Source of the DNA: Eledone cirrhosa
Lineage: Eukaryota
Assembly: GCA_964016885.1 (NCBI GenBank)
Contig: OZ024764.1
Span: 11,098,001-11,162,000, forward strand
Length of the DNA: 64,000 nucleotides
Reading direction: 5' to 3'
Made by a program: the position numbers and the translations under genes. Below the pieces are notes generated by a model. The model searched no databases and had not been told where the DNA came from. It saw only the letters and a program-made list of their open reading frames with translations. Shown piece by piece: positions 22,701 through 34,856 of the stretch; the stretch's first letter is position 1; each line of letters opens with the position of its first letter.

Positions 22701-23647
22701 CTAGCAGTAAAGCCCGGCGTTGCTCGGGGTCGCTCAGTAGCTGTGTTAAAGTTACAATGTTAAGTTTCTTTCTTGGCTTAAAAACTGTAGTGTCTACTGT
22801 GCAGACTTGCATGTGGTGTTTTTGATTAATATTCCCTCAACCAACAATATGCCTTATGAAGTTAAGAAAACATAACGATAACCCGAATGTTATAACAAAA
22901 GAGGATGCTGGGGATAGAAACTGCACTGGTTATTTATTAACAAAGATCGAAAATGTAAACACTGCAACGCAGAGAAAAACATTAGTTAACCAAATTATCA
23001 GTTAGGTCTGTCTGCACGCCTATATCACCTCTCTGCACGACTGTCTGTCTGCACGCCTATATCACCTCGCTGCACGACTGTCTGTCTGCACGCGTATATC
23101 ACCTCTCTGCACGACTGTCTGTCTGCACGCCTAACGAAATTTACAGATACATATATTTTAAATAAACTATATAATTTTTGCTTTTTTTTACGAAATATTT
23201 GCTTGTTTTACGTAGTCTTTAAATAGACTTGTTTTCAAGTAAAAATATTGTTTTAAAAGGCTTTTAAATGGAAATGAAGCAAAACGGAAGCTTAGTGTTC
23301 GAACTGATGAATTTTGCAGGTCAATATTTTGCTGGCTCGACAACTGTTCGCGTATTGTGTTAATGTCATTTTAAACGCTGAGAAAGCCAGCGTAATTTTT
23401 TACGTAAGACGCTCAATGTAAACAGAACAAAGGGAAATAACTGATCACTTACGCTCAAAAATCGATACATTATATTCGATTTCGTCAGATAGGGCGGGTC
23501 AATTTGAAATATTTTTTTTCCGATGTCTTCGCTAGGGCTCAATGTACAAGTATAGCAATTTCGGTGCAATTCCGTGAGAGATTCTAAGAGGAGATGTGTG
23601 CCAAAAATCGATAGACAGACAGACAACCTCAGTTTTATATATATAGA
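22701..23647 (-). mobile_element. Non-autonomous Helitron
   Basis: Minus strand starts A^TCTATATATATAAAA followed by (GTCT)n and ends CCCGAGCAACGCCGGG hairpin-CTTTACTG-CTAG^T; no TSD; internal 37-bp tandem repeat 23007-23131. Confidence 0.8.
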
Positions 23648-23828
23648 TTGGCAGTATCGCTAGAAGGTTTGATGCCATGCTTTGCAGCAAAGAGATACGG
23701 CCCTTTATGATCTGAGTTCAAATCCCGTCGAGGTCAACTTTGCCTTTCATCCTTACGGGGTCGATAAAATAAAGTACCAGTAATACACTAAGATAATTGC
23801 TGGTCTTGTGCCAAAAGTAGAAATAATT
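23648..23828 (+). mobile_element. SINE family B
   Basis: Family head, B-box and body. Confidence 0.8.
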
Positions 23829-24517
23829 TATATGTAGAGTGCACTGTACAGGCTTCTTTGAGAGGACGAGTGTCTCAGTTTTTGCAGCACTGATTTTCAT
23901 TCCAGCCATGCAGCACTCGGCAAGTATGGATGAACTGAGGTGGGAACTGGATATAAGAGGAATCAGATGTAGTGTGTAGGAGAGGAGACTCCGTAGATAT
24001 GTACATGTGATACACATGGATGATGATCGCTGGGTAAAGAAGTCGCAAGTGGTGGGAGACCACAGTAGTGAAAGACCATGGAAGATAACAGATAGAACTA
24101 TTGAGATGTCACATAAAGTTGTGATGTAATCATAATATAATAAAGGGAGGAATGCGAGATTGCGTCCAGAATATATTTTTTTATCCCGTTTGTAAAATAA
24201 GTTGGATCACTTTGAATAAATAATGAATCAATATTACATAATTTATGTACTAAATTTCATAACTTGATTAAATACGAATAATTTTACTGCTTATTTCAAG
24301 ATTCACTTCTTTAAAATTTTCAAATGTCAACACTTCCGGTTAGCAGGCCGTTATATCATAACACTTATTACATCGCTTATATAAACGTTCATATATTTGC
24401 ATTGTTATATAAGGTTTATATTTCCGTCGCTAATTTTCTCCTAATGCAGTTTATATATATTATCGTCTTTTTTAAATATATCATGGATTTCTTTACTGAT
24501 TGCAGTCTAGTCAAATG

Positions 24518-24870
24518 CGGGTAAAATTCTCGAGATCCATGGACGAGTTCTCTCCAGTGGTCTCTGTCCCTCATTATCACTGCCATGTCCTGCGTCTCCA
24601 AGGGACCAGTGTCTGTCCTTAGGACATCAACATACGTTAACCTTGGTCTTCCTCTTCCAGTGTGTCCATGCAGGGGCTCCCACAGGAGCACTGAGTGCAG
24701 TGTCAACTCTGGATGTCGGTGAACATGTCCAGCTAACCTCAGTCTCCTCTTTGAGCTGACTTTTGGGAGGCTCCCGTACAGCTCTGAGTTCTTCATCCTC
24801 AGTGTATACTGATTAATGTTCAGAGCTATCCTCAGCATTCTCGTGAATGAGTTTCTTGGTCAGTGTCCAG
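24518..24870 (-). mobile_element. RTE-group LINE 3' fragment (copy of 11941-12425)
   Basis: MLRIALNINQYTLRMKNSELYGSLPKVSSK..GRGRPRLTYVDVL. Confidence 0.8.
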
Positions 24871-25169
24871 ATTGCAGAAGACAGTGTAACACAGTCTCTC
24901 TTTAATTTCTGTGCATATTCTCAATTACGATTTTATTTGACGTATAATATCTAAATGCATATATATTTGCATATAATATCAATATGCACACTACACATGC
25001 CAGCAGAAAACCACGCTGAGGGTGGTTTTTCTGCTAGTTTCAATAACAAATTTAAAAGTTAACTTCAGTCGTTGATGTAAAAGTTTATATCTATTATTTA
25101 TTATTGTAAAATTGTAGTAAAAGTTCATCTGTTGAATCAGACTTATTAAAAATATCTGCTATAGCTTAT

Positions 25170-25190
25170 AATGTTTCTCTTTTATTTCAG
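25170..25190 (+). promoter_or_regulatory. Splice acceptor of the plus-strand ZNF exon
   Basis: ATGTTTCTCTTTTATTTCAG|AATATCAGATGACATTGG; conserved in the paralog. Confidence 0.65.
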
Positions 25191-25550
25191 AATATCAGAT
25201 GACATTGGTATTAAAGTATATTTTTACCTTGGATACATCGTCAATATTTATCATCTTTTAAAGACTAAAAGTTGTTGTACAGAACAGATATAACCCTGTT
25301 TATATAAATCTATGGTAGAATTACTGAAATATTTCCTCTGACTGGGTTTATGAACAAGAATTCTCTACTTCACTATCTGGAATGTCTACAAGATGATTTT
25401 ATATTTTAACTAAACTTGGATTATAAAGAAATTTGTATTATCTTCAGGTATTGACAGAGATCACAGTTGATGGAAATATAGTGGAAGAGATATTTGTAAG
25501 GAATAGTATATAAATACAAGGAAAACATCTATTTTGTAAAAAGAAGCATT

Positions 25551-26489
25551 ATGGAAAATGAACTTTGTGAGGACACAAATAAATGTAAAGCCAAGTCTAA
25601 GAGAATTGATTTTCCAGGTGAGATACCGCAGGATACAGGAAAAACAACATACAGCTGTGATATCTGTAATAAGCCATTCTCTCATAAATATAACCTTACT
25701 ATTCACCAACATATTCATACAGTAGAGAGACAATATCACTGTGATATCTGTGGTAAATCATTCTCTCAAAATAGTGGTGTAACTAGACACAAACGTATTC
25801 ATACAGGAGAGAAACCATATCACTGCGATATCTGTGGTAAATCATTCTCTCATGGGAGTACTTTAACTATTCATAAACGTGTTCATACAGGAGACAAACC
25901 ACATCAGTGTGATATCTGTGGTAAATCATGCTTTGATAAGAGTGCCTTAAATACACACAGACGTATTCATACAGGAGAGAAACCATATCACTGTGATATC
26001 TGTAGTAAATCATTCTCTCATACGAGTGCCTTAAATGCACACAAGCGTGTTCATACAGGAGAGAAACCATATCAATGTGATATCTGTGGTAAATTATTCT
26101 CCCAGTGTAGTGCCAAAACTATACACAGGCGTAGTCATACAAGAGAGAAGCCACATCACTGTGATATCTGTGGTAAATCATTCTCTACTAGGAGTGCCTT
26201 AAATACACACAAACGTATTCATACAGGAGAGACACCATATCATTGTGAGATTTGTGGCAAATCATTCTCTCAAAGTTGTATTTTAACTACTCACAAACGT
26301 ATTCATACAGGAGAGAAACCATATCACTGTGATATCTGTAGTAAATCATTTTCTGAAGGAGGTGCCTTAGCTAAACACACACGTACTCATACAGGAGAGA
26401 AACCGTATCGTTGTGATATCTGTGGTAAATCATTCTCTCAAAGAAGTAGTTTAGATAAACACACACGTACTCATACAGGAATACAATGA
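25551..26489 (+). CDS. Tandem C2H2 zinc-finger protein, 312 aa, 10 fingers, no effector domain
   Basis: ATG start MENELCE, ten CxxC-x12-HxxxH repeats with TGEKP-type linkers, TGA stop. Confidence 0.92.
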   Translation: MENELCEDTNKCKAKSKRIDFPGEIPQDTGKTTYSCDICNKPFSHKYNLTIHQHIHTVERQYHCDICGKSFSQNSGVTRHKRIHTGEKPYHCDICGKSFSHGSTLTIHKRVHTGDKPHQCDICGKSCFDKSALNTHRRIHTGEKPYHCDICSKSFSHTSALNAHKRVHTGEKPYQCDICGKLFSQCSAKTIHRRSHTREKPHHCDICGKSFSTRSALNTHKRIHTGETPYHCEICGKSFSQSCILTTHKRIHTGEKPYHCDICSKSFSEGGALAKHTRTHTGEKPYRCDICGKSFSQRSSLDKHTRTHTGIQ

Positions 26490-26772
26490 TACCTGTGGTA
26501 AATCATTCTGTGTAAGTTGTGCCTTATATATAAGATATTTATTTAAGTAAACTTCAATTGCTCATGTAAAAATTTATATCTATTATTTATCAATGTAGAT
26601 ATTTAGTAAAATTTCCTGTTGAATCACATTTTATGCAAAATATCTGTTATGTCAAGCTGCTGAAATGGGGTTCCTCCAAAGTAACATTACTTGATAGAGT
26701 GTCTTCTTCTTGTGACGCCAAACTCCACCAGTTGCAGACTGAGCATCAACATAAGATATTTTTCTCCACAAA

Positions 26773-27030
26773 GTTCGATCAGCAGCAGCAGAGTTTAAAG
26801 AGCAAAGATCAAGCCCAGTTCATAAGTTGACGTTATCAAGCCAATGTTTTGGCTGCCAACCTCTGCTTCTCTTAGCAGTCAACCTTCTTTCCAGGAATAT
26901 ATACCTTTCGATCACCAACAGCAGAGTTTAAAGAGCAAAGATCAAGTCCAGTCCATAAGTTGACATTATCAAGCCATCGTTTTGGCTGCCAGCCTCTGCT
27001 TCTCTTACCAGCCAACCTTCCTTCCAGGCA
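26773..27030. repeat. Tandem duplication of about 134 bp
   Basis: TTCGATCA..GCAGAGTTTAAAGAGCAAAGATCAAG..CCTCTGCTTCTCTTA..TTCCAGG present twice. Confidence 0.8.
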
Positions 27031-27963
27031 TAACCTACTTACACCATGAGTTCATCTTTTTATATGAACCAATTATCGAAGCACTTCAACATCTCTTTAA
27101 CTGTATTATCACTACAGGAAAAATCCCAGACATGTTCAAGAAAGTATTGATTGTTGTACTCTACAAACAACAACAAAAAAAAAAGGTAGCAGACTTGATT
27201 GTGGGAACTATTGATAGAGTATATAGTTCAGTAATCTGGGAGTCACACCAGGCAGAGCTGCTTCTCTGAATTGAGAGATCACAGCCCCGATACTATTGGC
27301 ATGTCATTAGAATGTTTCAGGAATGAATCACTGGACAGGTTTTTATGGGTAAAATCACTCGACTGGAAACCCAGGGGTTGATCTTGAGCAAGATGGTTGG
27401 ATAACATCCATCAGCTCTGGCTGGTCTCGCTTGGGGAACCAGTTGCAGATGGTTGCTTCTGACAGAACCGTCTGGAAGGAGTCTTTGAGGATTCTGCCTC
27501 CACGACCCTCTCAGGAATAAGTGACCAAAGAAGAAGAAAAATAAATCTGATAATGTATCTGGTAAATCTTTCTGTCAGAATGTTCACATAAAATATGGAA
27601 AAAAATAGAAATATTTTAATAAGAAAACACAATAAACTGATGTAAAAATAACTAGAATATAGTTGAAATACCTTGAAAATATTAAATCTACAAAGGTGCA
27701 GGTACGAATTGGTGGAGTTGTAAATAATGTAATGACAAGTGGAATTGATAATGATGTTAGGTAGAGATAGAAAGTACAGGATCGCAGTGAATGACAAGAA
27801 AAATGCAATGAGAATGTTCATCTGCCGTAGTTGTCTCCCTTGCATCCTTCCCCGTTTATTTCCCCTTGAAGTAACTCATCTCCACTTAAAGGTGATATCA
27901 ACTACGATTTCTATTTTCTCTGTTGTCTGTTTATATTATATATAAATATATAAACAGACAACA

Positions 27964-28151
27964 TAGGAAAAGAGTCAGGATCCCGACGGCTGAGCTACGG
28001 CCGTTTCGACAACTAGATTCGAACAGTTCGGATCTAGCTGTCGAAACGGTCGGGGACCTGACTCTTTTCTTATTATCCACTCTACTACCCTAAGTATCGA
28101 GTACTCTGGTGCGTTATGGTCCACCTGGTTTCTTACTACATTTTCTTTGTT
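27964..28151 (+). mobile_element. Fold-back half-hammerhead element, copy 3 (divergent subfamily)
   Basis: Different hairpin sequence (GACAACTAGATTCGAAC/TTCGGATCTAGCTGTC) followed by GAAACGG and the same tail. Confidence 0.78.
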
Positions 28152-28174
28152 ATATATATATGTATATATAAATA

Positions 28175-28485
28175 TACACCTATGGTCATGAATCTTGGGT
28201 AATGACCGAAAGAATACAAGTGGCAGAAATGGGTTTCTGCGAAGGGTCTCTGGAGTACTCGATAAAGTGCATAATTCAGCTCTGATACCATGGGCATGTG
28301 GTTAGAATGTCCCAGGAAAGAATCGCAGAACAGGTTTTACGGACAAAACCAACCGGCAGGAAACCCAGAGGTAGATCCCGAGCAAGATGGTTGGATAACG
28401 TCCATGAGCTTGGCTGGTCACGCGTGGGCATGCCGACAGATCAGTTGGTGAGGGTTACTTCTGACAGGACCTGGCGGATGGAGTG
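28175..28485 (+). mobile_element. RTE LINE 3' fragment
   Basis: TYGHESWVMTERIQVAEMGF..GHVVRMSQERIAEQVL..GRKPRGRSRARWLD. Confidence 0.75.
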
Positions 28486-28499
28486 TTAAGCCAGCGAGA

Positions 28500-28945
28500 C
28501 TCGCTGCATCAGCCACCCCGCCTCACGGGGCTCCTCCATTAGGCGGGCTGCTGTCTTTCAGATTTTACCAAGGACACCAGAGGGGTTCTTGGTGGAGACT
28601 GGTACAAAAAGGAAGCGGATGAAATATATAAGAATCGTTAACATCAACAAATTTCCTTTTCTTATAGCTTGTATTTTCCAATAAAGTTTTACACTTGTTC
28701 CCAACGAATATTCCTCGTCATATTTTTGTTTGGCAGATGTAAGGGAGACAATCCAAATCATCTCACTACTTTAATATTTATCATTTCAGCTAATTTCTTG
28801 GACCCAGTACTGCCGAGCTCTTCCGCAAGATTGGAACCTCAGCGGCCCGTCTGAGGACGCAGCCCCATGAGGTTGGGTGGCTGTTGCAGCGGGTGTCACT
28901 CCTCCGCAAGATCGGAACGTCGGCGGCCCGTCTGAGGAGCAAGAG
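28500..28945. mobile_element. Two CRE-clade retrotransposon C-terminal fragments (28500-28611 minus; 28795-28945 plus)
   Basis: LFVPVST..AARLMEEPREAGWL and LGPSTAELFRKIG..PHEVGWLLQRVSL; homologous to 63585-63822. Confidence 0.55.
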
Positions 28946-29169
28946 CCCCTATTCTTTCTTTCCTTTGTTTCCCCTTTTTTAAAAAAATGTTCTTACTAAA
29001 TAAGGGTTTTTTTTTTTTTGCTTTTGAATAAATTTATATATAATCAAAAAAACAAAAAATTGCTTAACTGTTTCTGATTTAGGCACAAGACCAGCTATCT
29101 TGGAGAAAGGAAAAGTCAATTAAATCGACGCCAGTGCATTACTGGTACTTTATTTTATCGACCCCGTAA

Positions 29170-29680
29170 GAACTGTGGCAGGGGGAGTAAAAGGAAGAGA
29201 GTAATAAGAACTGAGAGGGGGAGTAGAGAGAGTGAAAATAACTGAGGGGGAGGGGAGGAAGAGAGAGTAAAAGGAACTGTCATGGGGAGTAAGAGGAAGA
29301 GCGAGTAAAAAACTGTGGGAGGGGGAGTAAGAGGAAGAGAGTAAAAAAAAAACTGAGAGGGGGAGGAAGAGAGAGTAAAAAGAACAGGCGGAGAAAGAGT
29401 GAAAAGAACGGTGAGGGGGAGTAAGAGAGAGTAAACAGAACTGTGAGAGGGGGAGTAAGAGGAAGAGAGTAAAAAGAACAGAGGTGGAGAAAGAGAGTGA
29501 AAAGAACTGTTGGAGGGAGTAAAAGGAACTGTGAGAGGGGGAGTAAGAGAAAGAGAGAGTAAAAACTATGAGTGGGAGCAAGAGGAAGAAAGTGTAAAAA
29601 GAACAGTGAGGGAGTAAAAAGAACTGTCAGAGGAGTGAGAGAGAGAGAGAGAATAAAAAGAACAGCGAGAGGGGGAGTTA
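29170..29680. repeat. Purine-rich degenerate minisatellite (about 38-40 bp)
   Basis: Repeats of GAGAGTAAAAAGAACTGTGAGAGGGGGAGTAAGAGGAA. Confidence 0.75.
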
Positions 29681-29902
29681 GTATCACGTGACACGAAGAA
29701 GCAGACGACATTAAAAGAAACATTATTTCTTTGCCTTCAAAGAAAAGTAAGCAAAGAATAACATCACACCGGCAGACATTTTATTACTTTCTCTATCAAG
29801 TTTGTTCATCATTTTCAATTAAAATTATTTTGTATAAACATCAGTCGACTGGAACAGGTAAATGTGAATAAATTTCGTCGACGGAAACATTGCAGAAGCC
29901 TG

Positions 29903-29947
<45 letters not shown>

Positions 29948-30006
29948 CTTTTACCAGTTCCAGCCATCCGGCTGAGGAGGCCATGCTGGGACACCGATAT
30001 ATATAT

Positions 30007-30395
30007 ATAGTTAAGATAACAAGGACGATTGGTTAGTCCTTCATTACGTTTATTGGTTGGTGACGCGCGTTTCGCCACTGACCAGCTCGAGGTTCGATCT
30101 GACCTGACTATGTAATCTGCGGCTCGTCAGACATTAATATTACAAGGGGGTCTGATGAGCCGTGGATTACAGAGTCGGGTTAGATCAATACAGATCGAAT
30201 CTTGAGCTGGTCAGTGGCGAAACGCGCCCCACCAACCAATAAACGTAATGAAGGACTAACCAATCGTCCTTGTTATCTTATTTAACTATAATACACTCTG
30301 TATAGTTCTACACATCGACACTGAAGTGAACCTAAACATCGAGTGCTCACCCGGGTGAAACTACAGTAACTCCAAGTTACATTCCCTGGATCTAT
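30007..30395. mobile_element. Penelope-like inverted terminal repeat with a hammerhead in each arm
   Basis: 30007-30132 inverted against 30150-30289; plus CTGATGA-GCC..GGC-GAAACGCGCCCC, minus CTGACGA-GCC..GGC-GAAACGCGCGTC; AATAAA follows; unique tail to 30395. Confidence 0.75.
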
Positions 30396-30400
30396 CTATA

Positions 30401-30570
30401 TAGGAACCAGTAAGACCCCGACGGCTGAGCTCAAGCCGTTTCGACGGCTAATTCTGGACTCAGAATTAGCCGTCGAAACGGCTTGAGCTCAGCCGTCGGG
30501 GTCTTACTGGTTCCTATTACCCACTCTACTACCCCAAGTATTGAGTACTTTGGTGCGTTATGGTCTATCT
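30401..30570 (+). mobile_element. Fold-back half-hammerhead element, copy 4
   Basis: Perfect ~56-bp inverted arms TAGGAACCAGTAAGACCCCGACGGCTGAGCTCAAGCCGTTTCGACGGCTAATTCTG; tail truncated. Confidence 0.85.
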
Positions 30571-30744
30571 AGCTATATATATATATATATATGCATTGAA
30601 GTTTCCGTTGAAAATTGAAAAAGTCATAGGAGTGAAGAGTGCTCTATGTAAGTTACAGAGCTTATATATAAATATAAATATATATATATAGTTTAGATGA
30701 GTTGATAACACAACCTTATAAAGGCAAAGAATAATTTAAAGCTC

Positions 30745-30786
<42 letters not shown>

Positions 30787-30815
30787 ATGTGTGTGTGTGT
30801 ATATATATATATGTA

Positions 30816-30885
<70 letters not shown>

Positions 30886-31455
30886 CGACACACGTAGTAC
30901 TATCAATGGGCTTTCATAGTTACCGCCCGCCAAACTTCACATTCACCCCATAAGGAATTAATGAGTTAAATCCATGTCTTATTTCAGATAAAAGCAATAA
31001 TTAATTTATAATTATCATTCTTACGGAATGAAAAAAAATATATAAAATATATACACAAATAATATATATACAATATTTAAATTAATTAAATATTTCCCTT
31101 AAAAATATAAGAGCCAAACCGCAGTAAATAATTATTCACCATTAAGGTTTGTGTCTCAAACGATGACAGTCTCTATTAATGTCATAATAACGGATTATTT
31201 TACTAATTATAAATACATTGTAAGTACCTACATCGTTTAATTAATCATTGTTGGTTATTAATAACATAATATATTTAGTTATTTCTTAATTTAATTCACT
31301 TTAAAGGGTTTGTTTGATGGTGGAGATATTAAAACTACAAAAATCTTTAAGACAGTCGCCATGACCTAGTGCTTAAAAGAGAAAGTATTTATTATGTAAT
31401 GGCTAAATGTTTAAAAACAGTAACATTTTATGACTATTTCAAGTCTTTTATTTAA

Positions 31456-31718
31456 CCTTTTAGGATTTAAACTGGCCATATCTAGCCCGAATTCTCTCAC
31501 CTCTTTCTGTTTAAACCAGCTGCGATAGGCCACTCATACTGATGTCAAGGTATTGTTCTCAAAATAAATAATATCCAAATCTTATAGATTTGATATTATG
31601 TGCGGTAAAGCCTTTACTATAAAAATATAACAGTAAATATAGAGTAATGTAAATGTTATGTGAGGTAAAGCCTTTACTGTGAAAATACAATAGTATATAT
31701 AATGTAAATGGTAAAGGG
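31456..31718 (-). mobile_element. piggyBac-like MITE, minimal form (about 1.5 units)
   Basis: TTAA 31452-31455 and 31719-31722; ends CCTTTTAGGATTTA / TAAATGGTAAAGGG. Confidence 0.8.
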
Positions 31719-32424
31719 TTAATCATTTTTTACCACGAAAACATCGCACGTAGTATTTGAGAAAACATTTATAATGTAAATGGCTGGCTTTTAAAAGAAG
31801 ATTTTATTAACGTTTCATGTCTTTTTAACCATCATTTTTACCACATAAATGTCTCCTGTAGTCTTTGACACAAAATGTTAAAATATATTACATAGAATTA
31901 AGATTTAGAACTACACAAATCTTTCAGACTGGTGCTTGTATGAGAGAAAATTTAATGTAATGGATGGCTTTTTAAAAAAAAAAGACATTTTAAAAGTCTT
32001 TTGGTTTATTTTTACTGCTACATCCGTCTACGTGATGGGTGTTACGAAGTTATTAGATGGAGAAACTACAGAAAACGAGTAATTTACGATGTTTCTGAAG
32101 GCAATATTCGTGTAAATATAAAAAAAGTTGTTGGGAAAACATAGCTTTCATCTTTCAAATTCTCAACCAACGAACTACCCTTAAATTTTGTCCTCACGGG
32201 GTCATAAAATAAAGTACTAGTAACGCACTTGGGTAGATCTGTAGCATAATCTGTCCATACCTTGACCCCCGGGTGACATTTAGCAGCCATTTTTCTGGGG
32301 TATCTTCTTCCGGCTGTCAACACATCTGAGAGTGGACAGATTTCGCTACATATCTAATCGGACCCTCTCCCACCCAAAACATTGTCGACCTAAATCAGAA
32401 ACCGGTTATTACACCCGTATGAGG

Positions 32425-32640
32425 ATGTTGGATTGTCAGGATCGCTAGAACGTCGGACACCATGCTTTGTAGCATAGAGATACATCCCTTTACGTTCTGA
32501 GTCCAAATCCCACCGAGGTTAACTTTGCCTCTCATTCTTACGAGGCCGATAAAATAAAGTACCAGCCACGCACTGGAGTCGATCTAATCGAAATTCCTCT
32601 CCCCTCAAATTATTGATCTTGTGCCTAAAGTAGAAAAAAA
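32425..32640 (+). mobile_element. SINE B variant
   Basis: Diverged head, GAGTCCAAATCCCACCGAGGTTAACTTTGCC, GATAAAATAAAGTACCAG. Confidence 0.72.
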
Positions 32641-33157
32641 TTGTTATATCCATTCTGTAAAATAGTTGTGATGGTGACATGACAAAAAGCACCCGGTCCA
32701 CTCTGTAAAGTGGTGGTGTTGGTGACAATAAAAAGCACCTGATCCACTCTGTAAAGTGGTCGTGTTGGTGACAATAAAAAGCACCTGATCCACTATGTAA
32801 AGTGGTCGTGTTGGTGACAATAAAAAGCACTCGGTCCACTCTGTAAAATGGTTGTGATGGTGACATGACAAAAAGCACCTGGTCCACTCTGTAAAGTAGT
32901 TGTGATGGTGACAATAAAAAGCACCCGGTCCAATCTGTAAAGTGGTGGTGTTGGTGACAAAAAAAAGCACCTGATCCACTCTGTAAAGTGGTCGTGTTGG
33001 TGACAATAAAAAGCACCTGATCCACTCTGTAAAGTGGTCGTGTTGGTGACAACAAAAAGCACTCGGTCCACTCTGTAAAATGGTTGTGATGGGCACTTTT
33101 TGTTGTGTCACCACGGTTTTTGGTGACATGACAAAAATCACCTGGTCCACTCTGTAA

Positions 33158-33341
33158 GGGGCGACGTCCATACTCAAATCGCCACGCAAATCGTCAAAAT
33201 GACGTTTTGGACGTGACCCACCCACCCAGTACCGAAAACGTCAAGCGTGACAAAAATGAAAAACACTAATAAAAACCCTCAATTGACTTAGGGTTAAAAA
33301 TTAGGGATGTTAATCAGCCTTCTTTTGTCGATAAAAAGTTA

Positions 33342-33433
<92 letters not shown>

Positions 33434-33755
33434 CCCACACACACACACATGTTATCAATGGTGAAAAAAAGGTCTATAAAGTTGAACAATGCTTATAAAT
33501 TAATTTATCTCAAATGACTTTTAGAAATAGGGGGCAAAGCAAGTTTCAAGGGGGGGGGGGGGGGAGGGCAAAACAAATTTCAGGGGGAGGGGGCTCATAA
33601 GGCTAAATAAAATGGCAGAATACGTTGGCTGTTGACAGGCGCATGTTGGAGGTGAGTCAAAGTTCTTAATTTATGATTATACGCAAAACGTCACAGTCTT
33701 TTCTCAAACGTCATTTTGACGTTTTGCGTGGCAATTTGAGTATGGACGTCGCCCC
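33158..33755. mobile_element. PIF/Harbinger-type MITE
   Basis: ~50-bp TIRs GGGGCGACGTCCATACTCAAAT(C/T)GCCACGCAAA..CGTCAAAATGACGTTT; TAA duplicated at 33155-33157 and 33756-33758. Confidence 0.85.
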
Positions 33756-34636
33756 TAAAGTGGTCGTGTTGGTGACACAACAAAAAGTGCCCAGTCCACT
33801 CGGTAAAGTGGTTGTGTTGGTGACAATAAAAAGCACCTGGTCCACTCTGCAAAGTGGTCGTGTTGGTGACACAATAAAAAGCACTCGGTCCACTCTGTAA
33901 AATGGTTTTGATGGTGACATGACAAAAAGCACCTGGTCCACTCTGTAAAGTAGTTGTGATGGTGACAATAAAAAAGCACCTGGTCCACTCTGTAAAGTGG
34001 TCGTGTTGGTGACACAACAAAAAGTGCTCAGTCCAACATGTAAAATGGTTGTGATGGTGACATGACAAAAAACACCCAGTCCACTCTGTAAAGTGGTCGT
34101 GATAGTGACATGACAAAAAGCACCCTGTCCACTCTGTAAAGTGGTCGTGATAGTGACATGACAAAAAGCACCCGGTCCACTCTGTAAAGTGGTGGTGTTG
34201 GTGACAATAAAAAGCACCTGATCCACTCTGTAAAGTGGTCGTGTTGGTGACAATAAAAAGCACCTGATCCACTATGTAAAGTGGTCGTGTTGGTGACAAT
34301 AAAAAGCACTCGGTCCACTCTGTAAAATGGTTGTGATGGTGACATGACAAAAAGCACCTGGTCCACTCTGTAAAGTAGTTGTGATGGTGACAATAAAAAG
34401 CACCCGGTCCAATCTGTAAAGTGGTGGTGTTGGTGACAAAAAAAAGCACCTGATCCACTCTGTAAAGTGGTCGTGTTGGTGACAATAAAAAGCACCTGAT
34501 CCACTCTGTAAAGTGGTCGTGTTGGTGACAACAAAAAGCACTCGGTCCACTCTGTAAAATGGTTGTGATGGGCACTTTTTGTTGTGTCACCACGGTTTTT
34601 GGTGACATGACAAAAATCACCTGGTCCACTCTGTAA

Positions 34637-34820
34637 GGGGCGACGTCCATACTCAAATCGCCACGCAAATCGTCAAAATGACGTTTTGGACGTGACCCAC
34701 CCACCCAGTACCGAAAACGTCAAGCGTGACAAAAATGAAAAACACTAATAAAAACCCTCAATTGACTTAGGGTTAAAAATTAGGGATGTTAATCAGCCTT
34801 CTTTTGTCGATAAAAAGTTA

Positions 34821-34856
<36 letters not shown>

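Noticed and set aside
33287-33306. TTAGGG telomere-like motifs
   Set aside because: Only two separated hexamers inside a MITE.
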